From an uncultured bacterium (lineage in GTDB: Bacteria; Bacillota_I; Bacilli_A; RF39; UBA660), in assembly GCA_949291575.1 (NCBI GenBank), contig CASEWH010000014.1:1-35697 (forward strand): 35,697 bases of DNA, read 5' to 3'. The notes under the pieces were generated by a model. That model did no database searches and had not been told where the DNA came from. It saw only the letters and a program-made list of their open reading frames with translations. Below are positions 1-9,789 of the stretch, piece after piece (position 1 is the stretch's first letter; each line of letters begins with the position of its first letter). A program made the position numbers and the translations under genes.

Positions 1-88
1 ATTTACCTTTATAATCTTCTGGATTTTTAATTAGGTATTTACAATTATTTAGTATTTCTTCTTTATCTTTAACATTTCTTAATCTCAT
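1..88 (-). CDS. trmB: tRNA (guanine-N7)-methyltransferase, N-terminal part (runs off the window edge)
   Basis: Manual translation MRLRNVKDKEEILNNCKYLIKNPEDYKGK matches the Firmicutes TrmB N-terminus pattern (MRLRN...NPE.YKGKW). SD GGAGTGA at 100-94. Not in the ORF track. Confidence 0.8.
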   Translation of the reverse strand, partial: MRLRNVKDKEEILNNCKYLIKNPEDYKGK

Positions 89-103
89 AATAATCACTCC
101 ATG

Positions 104-133
104 TCATATTTAGTATTTTATCATAAATAGAAT
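104..133 (+). promoter_or_regulatory. Possible SigE-type promoter
   Basis: TCATATT(104-110)-N15-AATAGAAT(126-133) resembles the SigE consensus (t/g)CATATT..cATAcanT. The AT-rich context weakens this. Confidence 0.35.
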
Positions 134-174
134 AAGTATGGAATAAAATAAACCAGAAAGTGAGGTTAAATTTT

Positions 175-420
175 ATGAATCAAGGTATGCCTATGTGGCC
201 AAATAATCCTAATATGAATCCTAATATGGGAGGATGGCAAAACTTTAATAATATGAATCAAAGACTTAATAGTCTAGAAAATCAAGTAAATAGACTTGAA
301 AGACAAATGAGAAGACTTGAGAATAGGGTTAATAGAATTGAATCTACTATGATTAGTCCAAGAAATTACGATAGTCAATCTACTGGTTATGGTAATAGTA
401 ATGATAAATATATGATGTAA
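175..420 (+). CDS. Small Asn/Met/Gln-rich coiled-coil protein, possibly spore-associated
   Basis: ORF 160-420; ATG175 follows a GAGGT SD. NPNM-NPNM repeat followed by the heptad RLNSLENQVNRLERQMRRLENRVNRIE. Confidence 0.6.
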   Translation: MNQGMPMWPNNPNMNPNMGGWQNFNNMNQRLNSLENQVNRLERQMRRLENRVNRIESTMISPRNYDSQSTGYGNSNDKYMM

Positions 421-424
421 AAAG

Positions 425-447
425 ATATGAGAGAAATTCTCATATCC
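425..447. terminator. Hairpin between convergent genes
   Basis: GATATGAGA-gaaat-TCTCATATC inverted repeat right after the stop at 420. Confidence 0.55.
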
Positions 448-488
448 TAGAGATTTTGACAGATAGGTTTTTTACTTATTTGTCTTTT

Positions 489-779
489 TTATATTCTTTT
501 TCCCATGGTAGTTTCTTCTAAACTTGTTGTTAAATCCCTCTTTTTGTCATCTATTCTATCCATTAATGATACTGCATCATCTGTACGACAATATGATCCT
601 ACAAGTGACTCTTGGGTAGATAACATTCTTTTGCCTAGATTGCCTAACGCATCTAAAAGTTGATAATTAGATTCATCACTAGGATTTTCTTTTATTTTTT
701 CGTAAACTGCTCCCATTATTGTTTGTAAATAGTTATAATTATCATTCATTTTCTCAAATAATAAATCAAAATTTCCCAT
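489..779 (-). CDS. Hypothetical protein (96 aa, helical)
   Basis: ORF with AAGGAG SD and an extended -10 TGcTATAAT (821-813). Confidence 0.7.
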   Translation of the reverse strand: MGNFDLLFEKMNDNYNYLQTIMGAVYEKIKENPSDESNYQLLDALGNLGKRMLSTQESLVGSYCRTDDAVSLMDRIDDKKRDLTTSLEETTMGKRI

Positions 780-869
780 ATATGTTATTCTCCTTTTCTT
801 TAATTTACTTATATTATAGCATTAGTTTAGGTTAAATTACTATTTTTTTTGTTTTGGGGTATACTAAAA

Positions 870-898
870 TTGACAGTTACCAGCAAATAAATTATACT
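870..898 (+). promoter_or_regulatory. SigA promoter for the femABX pair
   Basis: TTGACA(870-875)-17 nt-TATACT(893-898). Confidence 0.8.
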
Positions 899-918
899 TT
901 ATATAGGTTGTGATAAGA

Positions 919-2220
919 ATGGAATTAAGAGTTTTAGAAAAAGATAAATATGAAAATTTTGTAAAGACTAATCCTTATAAGAGTCATTTTTTACAGTCTT
1001 ATGATTGGGGACAGCTTTCTAAGAAAGAAAGAGGGCTTACTCCTTATTATTTAGGACTTGATGATAATGGTAAAATAGTAGGAGCGACTCTCTTACTTAA
1101 GAAAAGTCTTCCTTTAGGATTATGCTATTTGTATGCACCAAGAGGTTATGTTATTAACTTTAGTGACAAAGAAATACTAGACAAGTTTACAGAAGAGATT
1201 GTTAAGTTTGCTAAGAGGAAGAAGGCAATTTACGTAAAGATTGATCCTGATATTATCTGGAAGAAGGAAGACTATAAAGGTGAAGTTACAGAAGTTGAGT
1301 CTAAAGATAAAAATATTTATAATGAGTTACTTAGACTAGGTTATAAGCATATGGGATTTACTAAAAATTTTGAAAGTGCACAACCTAGATATACTTTTAG
1401 AATTGATTTAAATCAGTCTATGGAAGAAATAGAGAGTCATTTTTCTAAGACAACGAAACAAAGAATTGCTAAGTCTCTTAAACTTAAGACTAAAGTCGAA
1501 ATAGGAACAGAAAAGGATATACCAACTTTTTATCATTTAATGATGTTAACGGAGTCTAGAAAAGATTTTGTTTCTTATGGAATTGATTATTATAAGACTC
1601 TATATAAATTATTTAATGAAGATAATAAGGCAACTTTATTTTTAGGTAAAGTTAATATTAAAGATAGTTTGGAAGTATTAAGTAGTGATCTAGAGGAAGT
1701 TAATAAAAAGATAGATGAGCTTCCTAAAGAGAATATGTCTAAGAGTGCTAAGAATAAGCTTAAGGAACTTTCTAGACAAAAAGAAAATTTAGAAAAAGAT
1801 GTAGAGAAATATAACAATTATTTAAAAGAGTATGGCGAAGAAGTAACTCTATCTGCTCATATGATTTTAGAGTATGGTGATAAAGCTTGGGTTCTATATG
1901 CAGGAAATCATAATATCTTGACAGAGACTTATGTTAATTATCATACTTATTATGAACATTTAAAGTTTTGTAAAGATAGAGGATTAAAGATATATGATCA
2001 GTTTGGTACTATTGGTGATTTATCTAAAGATAATCCTAGACTTGGTCTACACGAGTTTAAAAAGAAATTTGGTGGGGATTATGTTGAATTTATGGGAGAG
2101 TTTGATTATGTAGTTAAACCTCTTTACTACTTTGCTTTTACTAAGGTAGTACCAATTTATCGAAATATGATTAAGAAAAGAAAGAAGAAGGAACTTAAAG
2201 ATGAAATTGAAAGAGATTAG
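919..2220 (+). CDS. FemABX-family peptidoglycan interpeptide-bridge aminoacyltransferase (paralogue 1)
   Basis: HFLQSYDW, YAPRG, KIDP, QPRY and FKKKFGG..EFMGEFD motifs plus a coiled-coil arm. Start probably ATG919 (track start is GTG910). Confidence 0.93.
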   Translation: MELRVLEKDKYENFVKTNPYKSHFLQSYDWGQLSKKERGLTPYYLGLDDNGKIVGATLLLKKSLPLGLCYLYAPRGYVINFSDKEILDKFTEEIVKFAKRKKAIYVKIDPDIIWKKEDYKGEVTEVESKDKNIYNELLRLGYKHMGFTKNFESAQPRYTFRIDLNQSMEEIESHFSKTTKQRIAKSLKLKTKVEIGTEKDIPTFYHLMMLTESRKDFVSYGIDYYKTLYKLFNEDNKATLFLGKVNIKDSLEVLSSDLEEVNKKIDELPKENMSKSAKNKLKELSRQKENLEKDVEKYNNYLKEYGEEVTLSAHMILEYGDKAWVLYAGNHNILTETYVNYHTYYEHLKFCKDRGLKIYDQFGTIGDLSKDNPRLGLHEFKKKFGGDYVEFMGEFDYVVKPLYYFAFTKVVPIYRNMIKKRKKKELKDEIERD

Positions 2221-3490
2221 TTTTGAAGAGTTAGAGAAATTTGCTTTAACTACTGATGAAGCGACATTTCATCAGACTAAAGGTTGGGCTAAGTTAAAAG
2301 AGCATAATGGATGGTGTCATTATGTTGTAGGTTTATATGATGAAGATGAGATAAAAGCGGCTGCTTTACTTCTTGCAAAGCGTGTACCTATTGTTAAGAA
2401 GTATATGTTTTATTCACCTAGAGGTTTTTTAATAGATTATCATAATTTTGATTTATTAAAAGAGTTTACAGAAGAAGTTAAGAAATTTGTTAAAAGTAAA
2501 GAAGGTATATTTGTAAAGATAGACCCTTATGTTATGTATAAACAAAGAGATTTAAATGGTGATTTAGTTAAAGATGGTATAGATAATAGTGATACTGTTG
2601 ATAACTTAAAGAAGTTAGGTTATAAACATTTTGGATTTAACTTAATGCAAGATGCTTTACAACCTAGATGGATGCATACTATTACGGTTAAAGATAGAAC
2701 TCTTGATGATGTTATGAAGGATATGGATTCTAAGACAAGACAGATTTTAAGAAAGAATGAAAGACTTGGTGTAAGGGTGCGCGAGATCACAAGAGATGAA
2801 TTACCTATATTCAAAGATATTATGCAACATACAGGAGAACGTCGGGAATTTATTGATAGACCTTTATCTTATTATGAGAATATGTGGGATAGTTTACACG
2901 ATGATGGCATTCTAAAAATATTAATTGCGGAAATAGATTTTGATGAAGAGATTGAAAATACAAAAAAAGAAATAGAAGCTTTAGAGAAATCTATTAAAGC
3001 AAGGAAGAAGCAGTATGAAGATAAAAGTAAACCTATGAATGAGAAGAAGTATCATAGTAAGCAAGAGTTTGAAAAGAATGAGATTAAGAGATTACAAAAA
3101 AATATTGAAAAAACTAAAGATATGAAAGAAAAGTATGGAGATAAGCCTATACTTGGAGGAATTCTATTCTTAATCTATGGTAAAGAAGTATTATCACTAT
3201 ACGGTGGTTCTAAAGCAGAACTTATGAGTTTTCAATCTGCTTATACTCTTCATTTTGCAGGGGTTAAGTATGCAATAGAAAATGGATATGATACATATAA
3301 CTTCTATGGTATTACAGGTGACTTTAGTGAGAATAATCCTTTACTTGGACTTTATCTATTTAAGAAAAGTTTTGGAGGTCAAGTAGTAGAACTAATTGGG
3401 GAATTTGATCTTATTATTAGTCCTTTCTGGTATCATGCTTATAAGATTAGTTATGCTCTTTATCATAAACTTAAAAATATTAAAAGATGA
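2201..3490 (+). CDS. FemABX-family aminoacyltransferase (paralogue 2)
   Basis: FHQT, YSPRGF, KIDPY, QPRW, YNFYGI and FKKSFGG..ELIGEFD motifs. Overlaps paralogue 1 by 20 nt. Confidence 0.93.
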   Translation: MKLKEISFEELEKFALTTDEATFHQTKGWAKLKEHNGWCHYVVGLYDEDEIKAAALLLAKRVPIVKKYMFYSPRGFLIDYHNFDLLKEFTEEVKKFVKSKEGIFVKIDPYVMYKQRDLNGDLVKDGIDNSDTVDNLKKLGYKHFGFNLMQDALQPRWMHTITVKDRTLDDVMKDMDSKTRQILRKNERLGVRVREITRDELPIFKDIMQHTGERREFIDRPLSYYENMWDSLHDDGILKILIAEIDFDEEIENTKKEIEALEKSIKARKKQYEDKSKPMNEKKYHSKQEFEKNEIKRLQKNIEKTKDMKEKYGDKPILGGILFLIYGKEVLSLYGGSKAELMSFQSAYTLHFAGVKYAIENGYDTYNFYGITGDFSENNPLLGLYLFKKSFGGQVVELIGEFDLIISPFWYHAYKISYALYHKLKNIKR

Positions 3491-3513
3491 CTTGATTTTA
3501 GGTCATCTTTTTA
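3482..3513. terminator. Bidirectional intrinsic terminator
   Basis: AAAAGATGAC...GTCATCTTTT between convergent genes. Confidence 0.75.
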
Positions 3514-3522
3514 AATTACTTT

Positions 3523-4725
3523 TTAAAACTCATCATTCATTAGAAAATCAAATATATTTAAATGCTTTATGCCATCTTTAGAATAGTCTTTTTTATCTAA
3601 AGAAATAACATATTTATCATTATCATCGTCTAGACAGTTAAAAGCCTCAAATTCTCTTTTGATTGTTTCTTCTTTATCTAGTTTATAACAAACTTGGATA
3701 TATTTTATTTTATTACTTTTTACAGCAATAAAGTCAATTTCACCCTTTTTTGTTTTGCCTATGTAGACTTTATAATTTTTTCCTATTAAATCATTATAAA
3801 CGATGTTTTCAAGAGCAATAGAGTAATTTAAATCTCTTCCTGTTGTTTTTATTTGTTTAATTCCCAAATCATTAGAATAATATTTATTTAAAGTTTTTAG
3901 AATAGTTTTACCGTGTATATCATACCTATATACTTTATTCATAATGAATGTTGATGTAAATGCCTCTAAATAATTATAAAGAGTGTCATTAGCAATATTA
4001 TGATGTTCTTGTTTTAAGAAGTTAATAACGTGATCTCTTGAGAACTCTTTTCCTTCTGTATCTAGTATATATTGTAATACTTTGTTAAAAGAAGAAATGT
4101 CTTTTATACCTAGTCTTTCTACAATGTCTTTTAAAATAATTGAGTCATAAACACTTTCTAAGTAGTTAATTTTATCATTATCATTTTCAAATAAAAATCT
4201 CTGTGGTAGACTTCCCCATTTGAAAATATCTAATAGAAGTTCTTCATATTTATCTTCTTTAGTATTAGTTAGTTCTACTACTTCTTTGAATGATAATGGA
4301 TTAATTTTAAAACTGACATATCTACCCGAAAGATCTGTTGATAGTTCTAATAAAGTCATTCTACTATTAGACCCAGTTATAAATATACTATATTTGTCTG
4401 TAATTCTAAGAGAATTAATACCTTTTTCAAAATCTTCTACTTTCTGAATTTCATCTAAAAATACATAATACTTATTATTATCTATTGTTAATGACTCTAT
4501 ATAATTATATAAATCCTTAGCTGTTTTAATAAAATCATATTTTAACGATTCAAAATTAATATATATTATATTTTTTTCATTAACACCCTTATTTTTTATT
4601 TCATCCATAATTTGAGTTAAAATAACAGACTTACCACTTCTTCTCATACCATAAATTATTTTTATTAAAGATGTAATATCATAGAAATCTCTTATTTTAG
4701 ACAGATATTTTTCTCTTATAAGCAT
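3523..4725 (-). CDS. AAA+ ATPase, AAA_14 + DUF4143 family
   Basis: Walker A GMRRSGKS, Walker B VFLDEIQ, ITGSNS, LSGRY, KYYSNDLG and a C-terminal EIDF..IQV motif. Confidence 0.9.
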   Translation of the reverse strand: MLIREKYLSKIRDFYDITSLIKIIYGMRRSGKSVILTQIMDEIKNKGVNEKNIIYINFESLKYDFIKTAKDLYNYIESLTIDNNKYYVFLDEIQKVEDFEKGINSLRITDKYSIFITGSNSRMTLLELSTDLSGRYVSFKINPLSFKEVVELTNTKEDKYEELLLDIFKWGSLPQRFLFENDNDKINYLESVYDSIILKDIVERLGIKDISSFNKVLQYILDTEGKEFSRDHVINFLKQEHHNIANDTLYNYLEAFTSTFIMNKVYRYDIHGKTILKTLNKYYSNDLGIKQIKTTGRDLNYSIALENIVYNDLIGKNYKVYIGKTKKGEIDFIAVKSNKIKYIQVCYKLDKEETIKREFEAFNCLDDDNDKYVISLDKKDYSKDGIKHLNIFDFLMNDEF

Positions 4726-4743
4726 AATTCATCACCTATTTAT

Positions 4744-4772
4744 ATTATAATATATCTTTATATATTTGTAAA
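4744..4772 (-). promoter_or_regulatory. SigA promoter for the ATPase gene
   Basis: Minus-strand TTTACA(4772-4767)-17-TATAAT(4749-4744). Confidence 0.65.
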
Positions 4773-4799
4773 GTTATTCCAGTACAATGGAATAACTTT
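4770..4799 (-). terminator. 12-bp perfect hairpin at the end of the murJ-femX-NTase-HIT-S66 operon
   Basis: AAAGTTATTCCA-gtacaa-TGGAATAACTTT. Confidence 0.6.
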
Positions 4800-5809
4800 T
4801 ATTTTAAAGTGAATTTTATTTTTCCTTTTCCTTTAGATGAAGTAATAGTTGCTATTGCTCCATTTATAATAGTCATTCTAGGAGAAACGTGTCCTATATC
4901 TGCATTTATAATTATAGGTATATTTAAATCTTTTAGAGATTCATAAATTGCCTCTTCATAAGTAATATCATAATAACTATTACAACTATAAACTCTGCTG
5001 AAAAGTATTCCTTTAGTATATTTAAAATAGCCATTATCTTTTAATTTCCAAAGGGTTCTAATAAGAGATTCACTAGATAACTCACAAACATCAAAGTACC
5101 AAATAATACCATCATCTTTGTACTTTTCTAGAAAAGCTTTAGTTTTATCAAATCTTGTGCCGAAAAGTTCTGTAATAAGGTCAAGGCATCCACCAATCAT
5201 TCTTCCTTTTATGTTAATAACATCTTCATTATTTAAGTTCTTCCAATAGACTTTCTTTGTTAGATTAAAAGGTTCTAATCCTGTTATTAATTTCTTATCT
5301 TCTTCATATTTAGAAAAACTTGTCTGTTCTATAATATTACCTTTTAATATTTCAAGATTATTTTCTAATGATTTATGCCAAGGCTCCATTCCAAATGTTT
5401 TAAAATTATCAGAGTAAACTGTGGCAATATCTAGGTTAGTTGTAATTGTAAATAGTAGTCCTGTTGGATCAGAATAACCTTGTAACCATTTAGGATTATC
5501 TTTAATTACATTAAAGTCTAATTCACTTAGCATTTCAAGTAAGAAGTCACCTCCGCCTGATGTAATAATTGTTTTAACATTATCGTCTTTATAAAGGCTT
5601 TCTAGTTCCTCTGCTCTTTCTTTAGAAGAACTACTTCTTCCTTTAACACTACATCTAACATTAGGTGTTTCTTTTATTATAAAGCTTCTATCTTCAAAGT
5701 TTTTAATGGCATTATCTAATCTTTTAAGTTTAACTTCATCAATAATACCATCTGATGGTGCAGTTACACCGATAGTATCGTGTTCTTTTAAAAATTCTGG
5801 ATAAATCAT
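4799..5809 (-). CDS. S66 family peptidase (LD-carboxypeptidase / MccF-like)
   Basis: IGVTAPS, GYSDPT (catalytic Ser), IGGCLD and DIGH (His) motifs. Confidence 0.9.
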   Translation of the reverse strand: MIYPEFLKEHDTIGVTAPSDGIIDEVKLKRLDNAIKNFEDRSFIIKETPNVRCSVKGRSSSSKERAEELESLYKDDNVKTIITSGGGDFLLEMLSELDFNVIKDNPKWLQGYSDPTGLLFTITTNLDIATVYSDNFKTFGMEPWHKSLENNLEILKGNIIEQTSFSKYEEDKKLITGLEPFNLTKKVYWKNLNNEDVINIKGRMIGGCLDLITELFGTRFDKTKAFLEKYKDDGIIWYFDVCELSSESLIRTLWKLKDNGYFKYTKGILFSRVYSCNSYYDITYEEAIYESLKDLNIPIIINADIGHVSPRMTIINGAIATITSSKGKGKIKFTLK

Positions 5810-5822
5810 AAGTCCTCCTTTT

Positions 5823-6248
5823 CTACTTAGACATAAAATTTAAAATTTCTAGCAATTTAGATTCATTAATAACATTTTTCTTTTTAAAATCTATAGCCCT
5901 AGGCCAATCATCATCATGCCAAATTTCGTTAAATATTTCTATATCATTATCATATCTTGGAAAAGCATGATAATGAACAAAATTGTCGTGCATCATCATT
6001 ATTAGATAATTAAACTTAACAGCACCAAATTTTTCTTTGCATGTTTCTTCATACCACTTTATTACAGAAGGAAATTCGGCTGCTTCTTCTTTTAAAACTT
6101 TTCCAACCGATTCTGTTTGTCTTTTTAACAATATAACAGCAGAACCCAATGTTGTTTGACTCTCTCGTATACATACTATCCAATATTTAAAATCCTTTAT
6201 ACATCTTTCTTTTGGTTTAAACTTTTCCATAAAATCTAAATTATCCAT
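5823..6248 (-). CDS. HIT family nucleotide hydrolase
   Basis: Q.TLGS, K.NYL.MMM.D and FVHYHAFPRY (HIT motif with the first His replaced). Confidence 0.8.
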   Translation of the reverse strand: MDNLDFMEKFKPKERCIKDFKYWIVCIRESQTTLGSAVILLKRQTESVGKVLKEEAAEFPSVIKWYEETCKEKFGAVKFNYLIMMMHDNFVHYHAFPRYDNDIEIFNEIWHDDDWPRAIDFKKKNVINESKLLEILNFMSK

Positions 6249-6843
6249 TTTTTTCCTCCTCTTTCCACGGCATAATTGTTAATTTAGGCCATTTCTTTTT
6301 CCACTTATTTACTTTCTTTAAATAATCTTCTTCTTTGAAATCTATTTTTACTGGTCTTATTATCATATTAAACAAATCATTAAGTCCATATGGAGCGGTT
6401 ACTATTAATTTATTATTCTCAAGTCTTACACCTATACAAGTTATAGTTGTTCCCCATCTTGCAATTGCATCTTCAACACTTGTATATGGTTTTATGTTTT
6501 TTCCATATTTTTCGTTATACCATATATGTACTCTTGCTTCATTTTTTATATCTAGTTTTATAGTTAAATCACTTAACAAGTCTTCTACATATTTAATTAC
6601 TATATCTTCTTTTTCATAAGAGGTATCTTCATCATAATAAACAATATCATAATCATTTATATTTGCATCTATTTTAAAACCATGTAGATAGTTAAAGACA
6701 GTCTGATTAACACATCCTGCTCCTACATAATAATTTTTTAAGTTAGATTTCTCTAATCGTCTTAATACTTCTTTTAAAGTTTCATTTTTGAATAGTATTT
6801 CTTCTAAGTCTTTTAATTGTTCATTTAAGTTTTTACTTTCCAT
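6241..6843 (-). CDS. Nucleotidyltransferase family protein (DUF925 / NTP_transf_6-like)
   Basis: GAGCV..TV, DYDIVYYD, KNEARVH, APYGL.DLF and KWP.L motifs. Confidence 0.85.
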   Translation of the reverse strand: MESKNLNEQLKDLEEILFKNETLKEVLRRLEKSNLKNYYVGAGCVNQTVFNYLHGFKIDANINDYDIVYYDEDTSYEKEDIVIKYVEDLLSDLTIKLDIKNEARVHIWYNEKYGKNIKPYTSVEDAIARWGTTITCIGVRLENNKLIVTAPYGLNDLFNMIIRPVKIDFKEEDYLKKVNKWKKKWPKLTIMPWKEEEKNG

Positions 6844-6851
6844 AATACTCC

Positions 6852-8078
6852 TTAATGTCTTATTTTATGAATTAGTTTTATTAAGTAATAGATAGGAGAT
6901 GTTTTTATTTCAAATTCACCTATTAACTCTTCTATATAGCCATTAAAACCTGTTTTAAACTCATAAATTCCATAGTCTTTATCATTTTTATCATCAAAGG
7001 TATTAGGTATCCCATAGAAGTTATATCTATCATAGCCATTATTAATAGCATATTTAATCATTTCCCACTGGATTAAGTACTGTGAATTATAAGATAAGAA
7101 TTCTTCATAATTACCACTAGATAGATATACTACTTCCGGTTTAGTCATTATGAACATAGAACCTGATAGAGTGATAACATCTCCATATTTTTCTTTTTCT
7201 TCCTTCGCTAGTTCTATCTTCTTATTCAAACCATTAATAGTCTCATCTAAAGCTTTTCTTTTACCATCATTATTTTTATTATCACTAAGCTTATTCTTCT
7301 TATCAATATTACTTTCTAATTCATTTTCTAGCATTTTAATATATTTAGATAAATCTAGTTTAGTTACTAAATATTTTATTTCATTTTTCTTACTAAACAA
7401 GTCATACATGTTTTGGTAATAGTTAATATTTCTAATATCAAATCCTTTTCTTGAACCAGTACTTTGCATTATTTTATAAAATTCATCTAAATTATCTTTT
7501 GTTAGTTCTATTATCTCTACTCCATTTTTAATATTTTTTCTAATTAAGTTTCTAGTATTAGGTTTCATATTTTTCATTATTTCATCTTCAGTTTTATCTT
7601 TTGTATCTAGGGCATACATATAGGTTACTTGTTCTCTATCATCATAGGGAATACTAGTAAAACCAGCCTTTAAAATCGTATTCACAATATTAGTATTATC
7701 ATAACCATCTTTAATTATTTCTCCTTTACCATTACGTTCTTTATATGGTACATAAGGGTCAATTCTTAGAACATAGCCTTGGTGTTTTTTAACGAAAATA
7801 GTTAATAGTTTTAGAAACTCAGTTAATGTTTTTTCATCATTATAATCTACTAAAGGTCCACGTGGGGCATAAAATTCATACTTATTAAAGTGTCTTTTCT
7901 TACCTACTAGAAGAGTCGCTCCTACTAACTTGTCATTATCATATAATCCTAAATAATAAGGAGTCCAACCATTTAATTCTCTTAATTTACCTATTTCTTC
8001 TGTTTGCATAAAAGTCCTATAAGGACTCTTTTTAGCATAATTTTCAAACGTCTTAACATCTATTTCTTTTAATGTCAT
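6852..8078 (-). CDS. FemABX-family aminoacyltransferase (paralogue 3)
   Basis: FMQT, YAPRGP, RIDPY, YNFYGI and FKTGFNG..ELIGEF motifs. Confidence 0.93.
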   Translation of the reverse strand: MTLKEIDVKTFENYAKKSPYRTFMQTEEIGKLRELNGWTPYYLGLYDNDKLVGATLLVGKKRHFNKYEFYAPRGPLVDYNDEKTLTEFLKLLTIFVKKHQGYVLRIDPYVPYKERNGKGEIIKDGYDNTNIVNTILKAGFTSIPYDDREQVTYMYALDTKDKTEDEIMKNMKPNTRNLIRKNIKNGVEIIELTKDNLDEFYKIMQSTGSRKGFDIRNINYYQNMYDLFSKKNEIKYLVTKLDLSKYIKMLENELESNIDKKNKLSDNKNNDGKRKALDETINGLNKKIELAKEEKEKYGDVITLSGSMFIMTKPEVVYLSSGNYEEFLSYNSQYLIQWEMIKYAINNGYDRYNFYGIPNTFDDKNDKDYGIYEFKTGFNGYIEELIGEFEIKTSPIYYLIKLIHKIRH

Positions 8079-8079
8079 T

Positions 8080-9750
8080 TTATTTCCTCCTAAACTTACT
8101 AGTTATCTTATTTATTAGTTTACTCCCAAATACTTCTTCTATTAAATTAAATTTGTGTGCAACAAAGAAATATACTATTACACCAATAAGAGCATAAATA
8201 GCGATAATTGGAATGTTTAATAATCTTACTGATGAAGAAATTGGTATTACTAGTTTTACAAGTGATAAAACAATAAGCATAACGACATCTGCTAGAAGTA
8301 TTTTACCTAATAGTCTAAATGTTGGCATATAACTGACTCCACATTTTCTTCTTAGGAAAATTAAACATAGAATAATTCCTACGGCATAACCTAATATAGT
8401 TGCAGTTATTGAACCGTAGACTGGGACAAAACCTAAGTTATGGAAAAGATTTATTAGAGGAACATTTAATACTAATTTTATTAGTACTCCTATTACTAGA
8501 GAAATTAAAACTTCTTTATAGTATTTTAAAACTTGAACTATTGATACTAAAGCTGTATAAGTTGATATTGTTAAAGCGACAAAGACAAAGTATTTAATTA
8601 TAACGGCACCATATGCACTATTATTACCATAGAATACTTCCCAGACAGGTTCACTTAAGAAAGATAGTCCTAAAGTCATAGGAACTGATATGAATAGTAA
8701 TACTTGTAGAGTTTGATTTATCTTATGATGAATATCTTTTTTATCTTTTTTAACAGATGCTGAAGTTAAATTTGGTATTAAACTTACAATGATACCTGTT
8801 GAGATAGAAACAATTATCATATTGATTTTATTTCCCCAAGTAGAGATTACACTCATAATGTTTTCAGCTTGAGTGGTAGTATAACCAATATCATTTACCA
8901 TGGTCTTAACAATAGTTGTCATATCAATAAAGTCATAACATGATTTAAAAACATCTATCATTATAAAAGGTAGGGCATACCATAATATCTTTTTTAATAT
9001 TTCTTTAGTTTTAATTACTGGCTCTTCTACTTCTATAGTCTTTTCGTGTAATTGTTTTTTATTCTTTTTAACTTTATCTAATAAATAGAAATAAGCGAAT
9101 ATCGCTCCTGCTGTCGCACCAAATACGGCAACTCCTACTCCTGTTTGTAATGATAAATCAAAGACATTGATAGCAAGGAAACTACCTGCAACGATTACTA
9201 TTACTCTTGCAAGTTGTTCTAATACTTGACTAATAGATGGAGGCGTTATAAATTTATGTCCTTCTAAATAACCTCTATAAATACTTAGAGTTGGTACAAT
9301 AAGTATGGCTGTGGCAATTACTCTTACTACCATTGTTACGTCTTCTAGAGTATTACCACCTTCTAAGTCTCCAAGAATCGCTCTTGCAATAGATGGAGCG
9401 AAGACAAAGAGAATTATAAAGATAGTAATTCCCATAATAATGGCAAGACGTCTACCTAGTTTAAAAGCTTTCTCCTTAGCATTATAATAACCTAAGGTCT
9501 GATACTCACTAATTATTTTACTAATAGCATTAGGAATACCTGCACAGCTTAGGGATTGAAATAAATTATAGATTGTATAGGCATAACCATATAAGGCTCC
9601 ACCTTGTCCTCCTATAATAGCATAAAATGGTATTACATAAAGCATACCTAGTATTTTACTACCTACTATACCAAGTGTAGCAATAAAGGCTCCATTTAAA
9701 AATGAGTTTTGTTTTAATTCTTTATTTTTCTTTGTCTTTGTTTTTGCCAT
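8080..9750 (-). CDS. MOP-superfamily flippase, MurJ/YtgP-like (polysaccharide biosynthesis protein)
   Basis: SKILGMLYVIPF, YGYAY..Y, GIP.AISK, RGY.EG and SQVLEQL.RV motifs; about 14 hydrophobic segments. Confidence 0.88.
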   Translation of the reverse strand: MAKTKTKKNKELKQNSFLNGAFIATLGIVGSKILGMLYVIPFYAIIGGQGGALYGYAYTIYNLFQSLSCAGIPNAISKIISEYQTLGYYNAKEKAFKLGRRLAIIMGITIFIILFVFAPSIARAILGDLEGGNTLEDVTMVVRVIATAILIVPTLSIYRGYLEGHKFITPPSISQVLEQLARVIVIVAGSFLAINVFDLSLQTGVGVAVFGATAGAIFAYFYLLDKVKKNKKQLHEKTIEVEEPVIKTKEILKKILWYALPFIMIDVFKSCYDFIDMTTIVKTMVNDIGYTTTQAENIMSVISTWGNKINMIIVSISTGIIVSLIPNLTSASVKKDKKDIHHKINQTLQVLLFISVPMTLGLSFLSEPVWEVFYGNNSAYGAVIIKYFVFVALTISTYTALVSIVQVLKYYKEVLISLVIGVLIKLVLNVPLINLFHNLGFVPVYGSITATILGYAVGIILCLIFLRRKCGVSYMPTFRLLGKILLADVVMLIVLSLVKLVIPISSSVRLLNIPIIAIYALIGVIVYFFVAHKFNLIEEVFGSKLINKITSKFRRK

Positions 9751-9789
9751 TTTACGTCCTCCAATTTCTTTAAATATAATACCATATTA

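Noticed and set aside
3488-3490. Possible genetic code 4 (TGA=Trp) given the low GC
   Set aside because: TGA ends femABX-2 and map at the expected positions, and conserved Trp residues use TGG.
3523-4725. AAA_14/DUF4143 ATPase as a novel system
   Set aside because: A very common stand-alone family in gut bacteria, with no partner gene evident here.
1590-9487. Short ORF-track entries overlapping real genes (1590-1817, 2620-2814, 3396-3581, 4220-4447, 6335-6619, 7150-7419, 8400-8597, 9305-9487)
   Set aside because: Antisense or off-frame shadows of well-supported genes, with no SD and mirror-image S/L/F-rich composition.
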